DNA of 63,653 bases, filler included, from Octopus bimaculoides (Eukaryota), in assembly GCF_001194135.2 (NCBI RefSeq). It is 5 parts of 4 records of this genome, joined end to end, with 100 filler letters (N's around TTAATTAATTAA, not from the genome) between each part and the next. Parts side by side here need not be neighbours in the genome. Positions count along the whole stretch, not along the records: positions 1 to 23,987 come from NC_068981.1; positions 24,088 to 48,293 come from NC_068998.1; 3 more parts are not named here. One strand, written 5' to 3'. The notes under the pieces were generated by a model. That model saw only the letters and a program-made list of their open reading frames with translations, did not search any database and had not been told where the DNA came from. The number at the start of each line of letters is the position of its first letter. Position 1 is the stretch's first letter. A program made the position numbers and the translations under genes. This document shows, piece after piece, positions 12,485 to 25,267 of the stretch.

Positions 12485-13225
12485 GGCGGTGAGCTGGCAG
12501 AATCGTTAGCATGCCAGGCAAAATGCTTAGTAGCATTTCATCCGTCTTTACGTTCTGAGTTCAGATTCCGCCAAGGTCGACTTTGCCTTTCATCCTTTTG
12601 GAGGTCAATGAAATAAGTACCAGTTACATTCTGGGATCGATAAAATAAGTACTAGTTATGTACTAGGGGCGATGAAATAAGTAACAGTTATGTACTGGAG
12701 TCGATATAATTGACTAGCCCCCTCCTCCAAATTTCAGGCCTTGTGCCTTTAGCAGAAAGGATTATTATTATTATTATTATTATTATTACTACTACTACTA
12801 CTGCATAATTTTGAAGGAAGTGATAACATCAATCCAGCACTTCAGTAGTACTTTATTTTATTGAACACCAGAAGGATGACTGGCAAAGTTGACCTCAGCA
12901 ACATTTCAACTCAGAATGTAAAGAGCCTGAAGAAAATGTCACTAAGCATTTTGTCCAATATACTATTGATCTGCCATAATAATAATAATAATAATAATGA
13001 TAATAAAATGGTTTCAAATTTTGGCACAAGGCCAGCGATTTTGGGTCAGGGTTTGCATTGATTATATCAACCCCAGTGTTCAAATGGTACTTATTTTATT
13101 GACCCCCAAAAGAGTGAAAGACAAAGTCGACCCCAGCAGAATTTGAACTCAGAAAGTAAAGACAGACAAAATATCGTTAAGCATTTTACCAGGGATGCTA
13201 ACAATTCTGCCTACTCACTACCTTA
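12484..13225. mobile_element. Three SINE B copies: 12484-12765 (+), ~12810-12975 (-), ~13015-13225 (-)
   Basis: Head aaggcggtgagctggcagaatcgttagc. The + copy carries an internal ~33-bp unit (aaataagtac..agtta..tactg..gtcgat) three times at ~12610-12705. Confidence 0.8.
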
Positions 13226-15210
13226 ATAATAATGATGATGATAATTAGAAGAAGAAGAAGACGAAGAAGAAGAAGAACAACAACAACAACAGCAGCAGCA
13301 GCAGCATCAATAATTTGGTGATTCTGAAATAAAAAACTATAAAATCAAAACTGAAATAATGCAAACTAGATGGTCTGGAACTTAAGATTCTCAATCATTC
13401 ACATATCATCCCTCTCCAAGTGCCTAGGAGGAGATAACACAAGGGATACATATCCATACTCAAAGCCTCACTGGTTGCCCTGTCTGAGATTATGACCTGA
13501 TCCCTTGCGTACTTTTAGTAGAATTTCCCTTGAGCAAATGGGAGATAGAAAAGCTTGTCAGATGAGTGATGCACTGATGAATCCTTCATGATTTGGATGA
13601 TAGCATGCAGAAGAATTATAATTATAAGAATTGTAAGGTGAGTTCGTTTTCTGCACGAATAACAGGTTGCATTCTTTCTCTGATAAGTTCAGTGGTGAGG
13701 AGGGCTTAGTAGTAATTGGGTTCAGAGTTGAGAAAGAGACTGAGTTAAGATGCATGAAGATGATAGAAGTAGTTGATGTTGAGTGTTGAGGTTTGCAATT
13801 ACATCCAGTTCCTTGCACGATCACTTACACTCACTGTATGAGGTGAGGATGAGAGCTAAGAAGAGTGTGGGTTAAGAAAAAAAGTAGTGTGGAAAACTTT
13901 CAGGAGTGGAGGAGAAAGCAGCTGTAGTTGAATAAAAGGGGGAGAATGACTTTGTGACTGAGTAGCTAGAGGTGTTTGATATTAATATTCAGGTGAGAGA
14001 GGTGAGTGACAGGGAGAAAGAAATCAACTTTTGGAGTGAAGTTGGAGTAAAGAGTAAGAGTGACAAAGTGCAGATTTGGTTGTGCAGCAAGAAGTTTGCT
14101 TCCTAACCATATGGTTTCAGGTGCAGTCCCACTGTCTGGTATCTTGAGCAAGTGTCTTATACCAAAACCCCTGGCCAACCTGAAGCTGAAAGAAGCCTAT
14201 TTTATATTTATCATCATCATCCTTATCATTTAACATTCCTGTTCCATGTTGGTATGGGTTGAACTGTTCGACAAGGATCCACTGATTCAAGGACTGCATC
14301 ATAACTCTATTGTTTGTTTTGGCATTGTTTCTACAGCTAGATGCCCTTCCATATCATCATCATCATAATTTAACATCCATTTTCCATGCTGGCATGTGTT
14401 GGACAGTTTTACAGGAGTTGGGAAGCTAGAGAGTTACACCAGGCTGCAGTTAACTGTTTTAGTAAGCTTTCTATAGTTGGACGCCATTCCTAACACCAGC
14501 CACTTTACAGAGGTGCTTTTTACATGTATATGTATGTGTGTGCCTGCATGTGTGTTACTGTCTTTTTCCTTTGACCTCACATGATAGGTGTAAGCAGGTG
14601 TCACCATAAAGCAAGCGGTGTCCTTTGTTTCCTATCTTCTGTAAAAATCATGTGAGGTCATGGAGAAATATTACCTTGCTTGGAAACAGGTGAAGGTTGG
14701 CAACGGGAAGGGCATCCAACTATATAGATATTTGCTTCAGCACTTTGAAGTCATGATTGCTTCTAGCTGCTCTAAACATTTACAGTAGAGCAAACTCTGG
14801 TAATGTCAACCATTGGTCAGGAGATAATGTTTAACTGAGCAGTGTGATGCACCTACCATTTAAGTAAGATACCAAACTCTAAACTCTTGATTATTTTGAA
14901 ACTGAATTGAATTATGTAAGCAGGGTATTTTTGTAGATATAAGGACAGGAAGTATTAAGTTTACTTTACAGCTTACAGACCCTCTTGATTTAAGCTGATT
15001 CTGATGGTGGGCTCTATATATTTAGACAGTGATTTGAAAATATGATATGGTTTGATACGTGAAATGTCCATATGCTTTTCCCTATTTAGGTAGCTGTCAT
15101 GCATAGACCAACTTGTTCACAGTTTTGCTGTTTACTATCTTTAAATTAAAAGCAAAAGTTTTGTATAATTTTTCTTCCGTGCATACATACACACATACAC
15201 AAATGCACAC

Positions 15211-15249
<39 letters not shown>

Positions 15250-15300
15250 CATACACAAACACATACCCACATACACATATGTTTATATTTGTGTATATAG

Positions 15301-15340
<40 letters not shown>

Positions 15341-15713
15341 CATACATACACACACTCATATGTGCCTTTATACACACTCTCTCTCTCACATACACACACA
15401 TCATTTTAGGTCATTGTGATATATCTCTTCAATCAATGTTAATATGTTTCTTTTTTTTATCTTCCTTCATAACCACACACAAAGTTTGATTTATTGTAGT
15501 TATCTGGAGCTCTGTGTATTTAACCTTTGCTTCCTTTTTGCAGTGTCTGTATCTAATCCTGTGTGTATGTACATGTATAACACGTACATGCATGTGCACA
15601 CACACACACACACACACACATTATAAAACTTATATTTTCAATTTCTACCCATTCACATTACCCTATGTGTAATGTCCTGCTTATAAACTTGTGTGTATGT
15701 GTAGATATATATT

Positions 15714-15783
<70 letters not shown>

Positions 15784-16569
15784 CACGTGTGTATGTATGT
15801 CTACATGTAGTCATATTTGTGTAATTCATATTTCATTCAAATATGCATACATGTATTTGTAAAAATCTAGAGACACAAATAGATACTGGTAGCTCTTTCT
15901 CCTTCTGCCTTTCTTACTTTATTCAGCATACATGCATGCACATAATAATGCATATATATTTCATATGCATGTGTGTACAAAATGCATATTTAAGTATGCA
16001 ATAAAATTGTTTCCATGCACATATCCATCAACGATCCTATCTCTGCATTCTTATCTCATTTATCTTTATATTTTTGTCTCATTCTCCTCTTTCTCATTCC
16101 CTCTCTCTACATTTGAACATGTGTGTGTGTGTGTGTGTGTGTGTACATGCTTATGTATTGATGTGCATGCTTTTGTAAATGTAGTTTATGTGTATTTATA
16201 TGCAGAAGGTATTTGTGCTAACATGTTGTATTCTGCTTTTCTCTAATATCCATTTTTTTTCATGTGAATTTGGTATGTCTGCATTAATTTAGCTATCTAT
16301 CCACCTGTCTATTTATATATACTAGCAGTACTGATAGAAATTCCCTGGTTGTTTTCAAAAGTTCTCAGATTGTTGACAGTTTATACAGAACCATGAAATA
16401 CAGAATTTCTGTTTGAAATTGTTTTTTCATGAAGCTTTTTGATTCTTGAGATGCCATAAAGTTCACATTGGTCAGACTGAAGGTGCAGTGTTAGAAGTGG
16501 TCGTCTTTGAAATATATTCTTTGTTACACATTTCTTTCTTTATTATGCATTGTATTGTTGATTTGGGTA

Positions 16570-17800
16570 GGTCTTCTTGAAAACCGCATATCGCCAGTCA
16601 TCCTGGTCCTATGTCATCTCTCTAAGGCTCAAGGTGCTGAGATCAGCCTTTGCCACTTCCTCCCATCTCTTCCTGCATCTCCTTCTCCATAAACTCCATT
16701 CACATTAAGTGATCAGCACTTCTTTATACAGCTGTCCACATCCATACACATCTCATGTCTATACTAGCACAATCTTTTTGCTTGCATGCAACATCTAATT
16801 TGTCTTATGCCCAGTTTTTCCCTCAACACATTTATATGAGGAGGTGCTAAAAAGTACCTGGCTTTGGGTAAAAGAAAATACAGGAGGATCAGTTAATTGT
16901 GATTTTATTCAACATATTCCCCTCTCAGATCCACACACTTATTGCAGCAGTCCTTCAGTTTCTCTAAGTTTTGTAAAAGAACTCAGAAGGCTTGGCCTCC
17001 AACCAGGCCTTTTGCAATATCCTTAAAGCCAGGAACTTTTCGGTACCCTCTTGTAACTATGTTGTTCATGCCCATTTACATAGCACATCCAATGGAACAT
17101 GCTCACTTCATTTATTCTCAGTCTTCTCAAGTCATTTGTATACAGAGCCCATGTCTCACAATCATACAGCATCACAGTTCTAACCCAAACATGATACAAT
17201 CCACCTTTCACTCTGAAAGAAAATACCTCTGTTGCCAGCAACAGTGGAAGCTCCCTCAACATTCTCCATCCTGTTCTAACCTTTTTTGCTATTCTTTCAG
17301 AGCAACCACCTCCCCTGCTAGCTATATCTCCTAAGTAACAAAAGTTATCAACTATGTCTAGTAAGCCATCTGGGCATTCAAGAGAATCTATTCCCAGTGC
17401 ACTCATAGTATGTATTTCTTCAGTGCATCTGTCACATTTGAAGCTTACATTCTCTGTTTGTTAGTTTACCTCTGATTCCACACCTCTTGCTGCCACTCAC
17501 TGTCAACAATCACCTTATGTGCCCTTTGCTTACAATGAGTACAGCAAATAAAGTTTATACGTACTCCTTATCTGCTTTTTGAGCATGACCAATACAAAGG
17601 TCCTGTCTTCTTTCCTACTTAGTAAAATCTTCATCTTTGGTTAGTTTACATCAAGACTTCTCGATTTTAGGTTTAGCCTCTGTGCCTAGCATTACCTCTC
17701 TAAATTGTCTATAGATTCAGCTATGAAAACTAAATAATGAGCATATAGGAGTTCCCATGCACAGTCAATCTTAAACTCCTCTCTGATGATCTGTTGAACA
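16570..17800 (-). mobile_element. Degenerate RTE-clade LINE RT fragment, interrupted by a mariner MITE
   Basis: Reads WELLYAHYL (YADD remnant), VDNFCYLGD...GGGCSE...LYDCETWA; after the MITE it resumes as LREKLGIRQIRCCMQAKRL...DSCIKKC. Confidence 0.8.
16835..17055. mobile_element. Mariner-type MITE copy 2, nested in the RTE fragment
   Basis: TIRs tatgaggaggtgctaaaaagtacctggcttt / aaagccaggaacttttcggtaccctcttgta, with TA ends. Confidence 0.85.
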
Positions 17801-17879
17801 ATGATGAACATATTTGTAAGTATGTATATTCTGATCTTTCTCTTTTTAATTTAGAATAAATTTTGGCTGGCCACCTACT

Positions 17880-18140
17880 TGGTAGCAAAGTGGTGAAGGG
17901 AAGCATCTTGCTTTAACTATCATCCTTTAAATCTTAAGGTCATGCAGATATTTATAGTCCTAGATATCATGCTCATTTGAAGCATATGAATTAAGAGTTT
18001 AAATTCTCTCCCCATGATCCCAAATCCAGCTATACTTTGCTCCAGATGGATTGGTATGTATCCTGTTGCTCCTATAATAATCAGTATGAAGCTGAGGTTA
18101 TATCTTGAATACTGGATTTGCAAACTCTTTATCAATGGTC
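17880..18140 (-). mobile_element. 3' fragment of another RLE-type non-LTR element
   Basis: Reads IIIGATGYIPIHLEQ...LIHMLQMSMISRTINICMTLRF, resembling the VGALG...LQ...GT..I C-terminus of RLE LINEs. Confidence 0.5.
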
Positions 18141-18177
18141 TATAGATATCCTATTTCTCTTGTATTTTTTTAACCAC

Positions 18178-18208
<31 letters not shown>

Positions 18209-18963
18209 TGTATGTGTGTGTGTGTAAGCGTGTATTCACATCAAACTTTCTTATTTCATAATGTACTCTTTACAAAACTTGCATTCAACTTCCTGCTTCT
18301 GCCTCCCATTCTTATCTCTACCTTTGTCATCAGTCTGGGGGTAAGCTTCATATTCTGTTCACACTAATGTGTTGATTTGTGTGTATTGCCGAGCTTTTTT
18401 CTTTAGAGCGATGATGATTATAAAAGGATATAACTAAAATGTAGAAATCTGGTGATATCATCTAAAAATTCTTAGGAATTTTAATGTGTTTTATTTATTC
18501 ATATATTTGTAGTTTTCTATGTTAGACAAATGTACTATTGAGGCATTGTTTTACAACTGTACACCCTTCCTGTCACCAGCACTTCCTTGTTTTTGCAAAT
18601 GAGGGATCCCTTATTTCATGCGTCTTCAAGGACACAAAGCCAACAGAATTGTTTGACGGGAGAAATGGCACCAGCATCATTACTTGTAGCTTGTTACATT
18701 GACTGAAGCAGAAATATACACAGACAGATAGAGAAACATACACACATCATGTGTGTGTGTATAACAGGCTTCTTTCAGTTTCCATCTACCAAATCCACTT
18801 ACAACACATGGTTGCATGGTTGAGAAGTTTACTTCTCAACTATGTGGTTCCAGGTTCAGTTCTCTGCATGATACCTTAAACAAGTATCTCCTATTACAGC
18901 TCCAGGCCAATGAAAACCTTGTGAGTGGATTTGGTAAGCAGAAACTAAAAGAAGCCCTTTATG

Positions 18964-19184
18964 TATGAGGGTGTGTTGAAAAAATCCTGGCTTTGGATAA
19001 AAGAAAATATTGGAGCATCAGTTGATTATGATTTTATTCAACATATTCTCTTCTCAGATTCACACATTTATTGCAGTGGTCCTTCAGTTATTGTAAGCCC
19101 TGTAAAAGAACTCAGAAGGTTGGACCACCACCCAGGCCTTTCACAATAGCCTTAAAGCCAGGAACTTTACAGCACCCCCTCATA
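18964..19184. mobile_element. Mariner-type MITE copy 3
   Basis: tatgagggtgtgttgaaaaaatcctggcttt ... aaagccaggaactttacagcaccccctcata. Confidence 0.85.
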
Positions 19185-19870
19185 CATACATGTATTTATC
19201 TCTGTGTGTGTGCATACATCAGTATATGCGTATGTGAGTGTTTGTGTCTCCTTTTCTTAACTTTTAGCACACTGCATTTTCTCTAGAATTGTCTCCCCTG
19301 CCACTGCCCCTGTTCCTGCAAGGGAGAAAACTCATGGCAACATGGTGCACCTATAGTGAGCTAAAGGTTAACAACATGTGATAGTTGTAAATAAATATCA
19401 CCTTCACACTTTCATTTCCAGTCTTCTATGAAAGCATATGTAGTCCTGAGAAAGTATTACCTTGATTGAAAACAGGTGAGGATTTATAATAAACAGGCAG
19501 GGCATTTGGCCGTAGAAAATCTGTCTCAACAAATACTATCTGAGCCATGCAAGCATGGAAAAGTGGATGTTAGATCAATGAAGATGTTTCTGTCATAGTG
19601 TTGCTCTTTGTTTTTGGTTCTTTCCCCTCTCTTCTCTCACTCTCTCTCTCTCTCTCATTCACAAACAAAATCTTGCAATTATTGGTGGGGTTTTGGGGCG
19701 GGGGTTCAAAAATAATGAAGAAAGTCAATGTGGAATTTCTCGTTCTTCAGCATTTCACTGAAGAATGAGAAATGTTTCATTGTTTTTGCTTGGCCTTCTT
19801 ACAGAAGTTCGTCTATAATAGAAGGAATGCAACACAGTAGAATGTTCATTGTCTGTTTTCCTTCCAATTA

Positions 19871-20100
19871 TTAACCCTTCTGTTACCTTATTTCTACTGA
19901 CATACACTGTATTTGTTTCAGTTAATTTTCAAAGTAGCAAGGAATTTAGTAAAAACAACTTTGTTATTATTCAACTGGTGTTAGAAACTTAAATTTACAT
20001 GAAATTTGATGGAAGGTTTTAAGTTTGACTTCTTAAAAACAGGAACTTTGTTTCACTGAACCAAGAGTGGTCTCAGGCAGGTTGGTATTAAAAAGGTTAA
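19871..20100. mobile_element. TTAA-flanked (piggyBac-like) MITE
   Basis: ttaacccttctgttacc at the left end and ggtattaaaaaggttaa at the right end. Confidence 0.6.
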
Positions 20101-21147
20101 CCTGTCTCACCATCTTCAAAGAAACTGTATTTTAAATATTTCATAAATATGGAAAGGGGACATATGTATCACCCATCCGACAGGCTATATTAGCACCAAT
20201 GTTGATTCTTGATAGAGGTTTTTAATGCCACATTTTGAGTCTTGGGTATGATGGAACTTCTGATATTCCTTGTATTTTATTTATCCCAGATAGAGATAAA
20301 AAGGTAAAGTTGATCTTCATGTGGACTTGAACTCAATGTAAAGCAATATAATCAAATACAAAAAGATATTTTGTCTGTTCTCTACCATTTTCACCAAGAA
20401 GCTTCATTACTAATCACAGCATAAAAAATATCTGTCAGATGATAGGCAGGAGAAAAGGTATTCTTAATTCTATAGATTTTTTTTCTAAGAATATTTTTGT
20501 TTTCAGATTTTTTATGATGTCTTTACAGTTTATATTTATTTTCATTTTGTCATATATATTTTTCTAATGTTCGTTCTAGATTAATGTACCATAAATACTA
20601 TGATTAGATGGCTTTGATTTTTACAAAACATGTCAAAAAAATGTAAGTAAATAAAATTTGGAAAGTATAGATTAAAGAAATTTAGTAAATATATAAATAG
20701 AATTAAACATTTAGCAACATAATAGCAATTGTCTACAATTTCACTGGATTTTGACTAGATTTTATCAACAGCACCACCATAGGTAACTATTGTTATCACA
20801 CACTGCTACTGTTACTACCACCACTACTAGGTCATTTATTTTTCTTTTTTCTTCTAATACTGATCAAGATTTTAATTGAACCAAAAACCCAGATTTTAAA
20901 TTGGAAGAAATCATTCATTGTTAAAAAATGAAATCATTATTTTGGAGAAAAAGAGAAAAAAAAAACATTATTACTATTGTAATTTTTGTTGTTGCTGTAG
21001 TCCAGATAAAAGATAAATATGTCATGTTCTAATTTTCTGTAATTTTCGAATATTAGAGAAGAAAGGGATAAGACTAATAATCTAATAGATAAGTATATTT
21101 ACAAGAAGGGAGGGTGAGGTAATTCAAATTTCCTTTTAGATTCTAAA

Positions 21148-21193
<46 letters not shown>

Positions 21194-21199
21194 TATATG

Positions 21200-21432
21200 A
21201 AGGTGCATTGCTCAGTGGTTAGAAATCAGGCTTACAATTGGTGAGGTTGTAAGTTTGATTCCCAAACCAAGCTATGTGTTGTGCTCTTGAGCACTTCATT
21301 TCTTATTTCATGTTGCTCCAGTTCACTCAGCTGTAGAAATGAGTTGCGATGTCACTGGTGCCAAGCTGTATTGGCCTTTGCCTTTCCCTTGGATAACATC
21401 AGTGGTATGGAGAGGGGAGACTGGTATGCATT
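21200..21432 (+). mobile_element. tRNA-derived SINE family D
   Basis: A-box-like ttgctcagtggttaga, B-box-like gtttgattccc, core gtgttgtgctcttgagcac...ctccagttcactcagctg. Related heads at ~34100-34380 and a 3' part at ~27650-27770 (-). Confidence 0.65.
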
Positions 21433-21443
21433 AGTAAATGCTG

Positions 21444-21472
<29 letters not shown>

Positions 21473-21474
<2 letters not shown>

Positions 21475-21880
21475 TCTTTTATTCTTTTACACATTTCAGT
21501 CATTTGACTGTGGTCATACTGGAGTACCACTTTAAAGAGTTTTAGTCAAAGAAATCAACCCCAGAACTTATTCTTTATAAGCCTAGTACTTTTTCTTTCA
21601 GTCACTTTTGCCAAACTGCTAAGTTATGGGGACATAAACGCATAAACATCAGTTGTCAAGTGATGGTGGGGGAACAAACAAAGACACACACATACACACA
21701 CACACATATATATACATATACAATGGGCTTCTTTCAGTTTCCATTTACCAAATCCTCTCACATGAGTTTGGCTGGCCCAAAGCTTATAGTAGAAGACACT
21801 TGCCCAAGCTTCCACACAGTGGGACTGAACCTGGAACCATGTGCTTTGGAAGCAAGCTTCTTACCACATAACCATGCCTA
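21473..21880 (-). mobile_element. SINE family A
   Basis: Reverse complement of the family A pattern seen at 7862 and 57470. Confidence 0.8.
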
Positions 21881-21957
21881 TATGTGTGTGTGTGTGTGTA
21901 AATGAACATTTTGTACACACACACATATATCTCACAAAGATAAATAAGAACATTTTA

Positions 21958-22852
21958 TTGGGTCATCCCATAAATAATGCAGTTTTTTTATACTTATTTT
22001 ATTTTTCAAAATTAAGATAAACAAAGTGCATTTTTAATCCAAAATATACACTACTTCATTTTCTACAATGCTCTTTCATCTAGCTGATATACTTTCTAGG
22101 CCCCTCTTCCAAAATTCACTTGTCCCTGACAAAAAATACTCTTCCACTACTGTTCTGACCTCATCTACAGAATTCATATTTTTTTCCGCCCAAATGATTT
22201 TGAAGACTGCGGAATAAATGATAAACAGATGGGGAAATGTTTGATGAATATGGTGGGTGGAGCATCGTTTCCCATCCAAACTGCTCCAGCTTTTGGAATG
22301 TCATCCTCACTGTATGTGGTTGAGTATTATCCTGATGGAAAACACCTTTCATCTTGAAACCAAAGATGGTCATTTTTCTTCTAGGGCTGACTTGAATCAG
22401 TAGTTGAGTGACCAAATCCAAGCTTCTCTACTAGTTCCTCAACAGTTACAATGGGATTTTGTCCCACTAGAGTTTGCAGGACATCCTCGTCGAGCTCTAC
22501 AGATCTTCTAGGATGAGGCTCGTCTTCTAGGCCATAATATGCAGCTCAGAATTTCTGAAACCACCGTTGACACTGGTTTATGCTTATTGTCTGATCCCCA
22601 TATACTGCATCAGTATTGCTCACACTTTCCATTGCATTGTTGTCTTTATTGAACTCATAAAGCAAAATATGCCAAATATGCTCCTTTATCACTTCTATTA
22701 TAGCTTTGAAAAAATAACTTGCACTAAGAATAAGGACAAGATAAAATTGCTACCTGCTTTTATAGCAAGTTGATGCAGGTAGTTTATCCCATCCCCCTCT
22801 GACTTTTAGTTCATGCAACTGAAAAAACTGCATTACTTACAGGCTGACCCAA
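21958..22852 (-). mobile_element. Internally deleted mariner transposon with both TIRs and TA target duplication
   Basis: TIRs ttgggtcatcccataaataatgcagtttttt / aaaaaactgcattacttacaggctgacccaa; TA at 21956-21957 and 22853-22854. Transposase remnants HILLYEF...CQRWFQKF (HTH) and FHQDNTQPH...LHPPYSSNISPSVYHLFRSLQNHL. Confidence 0.92.
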
Positions 22853-23529
22853 TAGATACTTTGCAAGAAAGATTGTTGATTTATTGAAATAATCTTTGCT
22901 TCCAAGGATAGTAGAACAATCATTTCATGGCATTTGTAAGCAACTTTAACTTACCTGGAAACAAAAGGACGGCGGAGGACAAATATTTCTGTCTCAGCAA
23001 ATGTCATTAGCACAACATTTACTCTACTTTATTTCTAGCAAACTATAAACATATTCATATATAGAAAATAAAGTGGAATACATTGGCTTATGTAAATGCT
23101 TAAATGAAATGAAAATGAGAGAAGAAATAACCTAGAGTGATCAAGGGTATGTATTTAAATAACAAAAATGGAAAAGGTATATTAAACACAATATGATAGA
23201 TTTATTTGAAATTCTTTCTGCTGCCAACTCTAAGTAAGAAGCAACATTTCTCCAAAACTGATGTGCCATTTAGGAAAGGATAGCCTGATTTATGCATATT
23301 TATACATGGATAGGTATGAGTGTATAAAGAATAATCTTTTATCCTTTTACTTGTTTCAGTCATTAGACTGTGACCATGTTGGGGCACTACCTTCGAGAAT
23401 TTTTATCCAAATGAATCAACCCCAGTACTATCTTTTTAAGGCCCTGATACTTATTCTATCAACCTCTTTTGCTGAACCACTAAGTTAGAGGGGTGTAAAC
23501 ACACCAACACTGTTTGGATAGTGGTGAGG

Positions 23530-23988
23530 GGATATCCATGTAGGATGAAGTGGCAAGCCATGAGTTGAGACTGAATCTCAAAGTCAAGGTTGTCACTGCA
23601 GAGCCTGAGTAGACAAAGGAATTAGGAATAGGAGATGGAGAGCTTGGTGTGTTCAGGGTGGGAGGAGGAGAAATTGGGGTATGAGTGTGAGTCTGTGTGT
23701 TTGTAGTGGGTGGAGGTGGTGAGAGTGGAGTGATGAATGTCCAGAAAGGAGACAGAGGTATCAGAGATAGTGCAGGAGAAGTGGAGGGCAGGATGGAAAG
23801 ATCTGACAAAAGAGAGGAAGAAGTCTAGATGTTCGCGGGAGAGTGAGGTCACAGCGATACAGTCGTCAATATAATGGCTGTAGGGTTCAGGAGTGGGACC
23901 AGTGAAACTTGAAAATATTTGGGCTTCAACGTAGCCAGTGAACAGGTTCGCATGGCTGGGACCCATTCTCGTTCCCAAGGCCATATTN
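23530..23988 (-). mobile_element. Penelope-like element RT fragment (Neptune-like), truncated by an assembly gap
   Basis: Reads MALGTRMGPSHANLF...YIDDC...FLDI...HYKHTDSHSYPNFSSSHPEHTKLSISYS, matching PLE RT motifs. Confidence 0.85.
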
Positions 23989-24086
23989 NNNNNNNNNNNN
24001 NNNNNNNNNNNNNNNNNNNNNNNNNNNNNNNTTAATTAATTAANNNNNNNNNNNNNNNNNNNNNNNNNNNNNNNNNNNNNNNNNNN

Positions 24087-24275
24087 NGACACGTAAAAGC
24101 ACCCACTACACTCTCTGAGTGGTTGGCGTTAGGAAGGGCATCCAGCTGTAGAAACTCTGCCAAATTAGATTGGAGCCTGGTGTTGCCATCCGGTTTCACC
24201 AGTCCTCAGTCAAATCATCCAACCCATGCTAGCATGGAAAGCGGACGTTAAACGATGATGATGATGATGATGATA
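24087..24275 (+). mobile_element. Young RTE 3' end with (GAT)n tail
   Basis: Nearly identical to the reverse complement of 1-135 where they overlap; ends gcatggaaagcggacgttaaacgatgatgatg. Another copy at ~27832-27996. Confidence 0.8.
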
Positions 24276-24347
24276 TATTTATATATATATATATATGTAT
24301 GTATATTTCTGTGTGCATGCATGTGTCTGTGTGTGTATGTATGTGTG

Positions 24348-24386
<39 letters not shown>

Positions 24387-24698
24387 CTAGTGCAAGCGGT
24401 GTCCTCTGTTTCCAATCTGCCATGAAAACATGTCTGGCCATGAGGAAAATATTACCTTACTTGGAAACAGGTGGGGGTTGATGACAGGACAAGCATTCAG
24501 CTGCAGAAAATCCATTTTGACAAATTCCATCCAAAAAGTGGATGTTAAAACTATTATGAATAATAGTTTCCTCAAAAATTTATTCAAAGTTAACCCTCAT
24601 ATTTATGATAATTTTCTGTAGAATTAGTTCTGCACTTTCAAAACTGGTTCAGACCAGTTTTTTTCTATTTTCACCTCTTCTATCTGCAACATATTTAG

Positions 24699-24814
24699 GG
24701 CTCAACCAGGTTTCCTTGGAGAACAAACAGATTTTTATGAAGAATATGTGAAGTTTATTATGCAAGGGCAAAAGCATGATGCTACCAAACGGGAACTAGC
24801 AGAAGCACGGCAAG
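24699..24814 (+). CDS. ERCC6L2: ERCC6L2 exon (first visible)
   Basis: tttag|G GCT...CAA G|gtaaaa; encodes (W)AQPGFLGEQTDFYEEYVKFIMQGQKHDATKRELAEARQ, matching the recalled human AVPGLLG...GQRHTATKRELA. Confidence 0.9.
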
Positions 24815-24844
24815 GTAAAACAACATATTCCATAATTAAACTCT

Positions 24845-25081
24845 GGTAGACGGACAATTCGTCGACGGACAGTTGGCCGGCAGACAACTTACAGACAGGA
24901 CAATTGTGTGGCATGGTGCAGAGTCCTGTTGCCAGAAATAGGGTGTTCCAGCAGCGACCCTTTTGACCCAGGGCAACACAACCTCTTCCAGGCACTTGAT
25001 GTAAGTCTCCGTGTTGAGAATTGTCTGTCGGTCGGTGAATTGTCTGTCAGCGAATTGTCTGTCAATGAATTGTCTGTACAC
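24845..25081. mobile_element. Fold-back MITE with ~15-bp subterminal repeats enclosing a Tc1/mariner-superfamily transposase fragment
   Basis: gaattgtctgtc occurs ~4x at 25018-25081 with inverted, decayed copies at 24845-24905. 24906-25018 reads LNTETYIKCLEEVVLPWVKRVAAGTPYFWQQDSAPCHT on -. Confidence 0.75.
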
Positions 25082-25183
25082 ATTAAATTCTACCTCTAAA
25101 CTAATATAATATCGATCTATTGTCGTTTCTTAACAATGGTAAAATTGTTCCAATCAGTTATTTTATTCTTACATTGTTTCTAG

Positions 25184-25267
25184 CAAAGCAAAAATTTTGT
25201 GACATCCGAGACCAAATTATGATTCGAAGAACTAAGATAATTATCAAAGACCAACTTCCTAACAAAG
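25184..25267 (+). CDS. ERCC6L2: ERCC6L2 exon
   Basis: tttctag|CA...AAA G|gtaagt; encodes AKQKFCDIRDQIMIRRTKIIIKDQLPNK (SNF2 RRTK motif). Phases match both neighbours. Confidence 0.93.

Noticed and set aside
13560-14060. Purine-skewed region with faint PLE-like peptides and a ctgatgaatcc...ggat motif
   Set aside because: Too degenerate to assign; the GAAA half of the core is absent.
18040-18059. ATG GAT TG|gtatgt, matching the expected end of the missing upstream ERCC6L2 exon
   Set aside because: The preceding codons (YTLLQ) do not match ELWC, and the site lies in a minus-strand LINE remnant.
24032-24043. TTAATTAATTAA embedded in N runs (also at 48338-48349, 53359-53370 and 60620-60631)
   Set aside because: The identical 12-mer centred in four equal-sized gaps is a scaffolding spacer, not biology.
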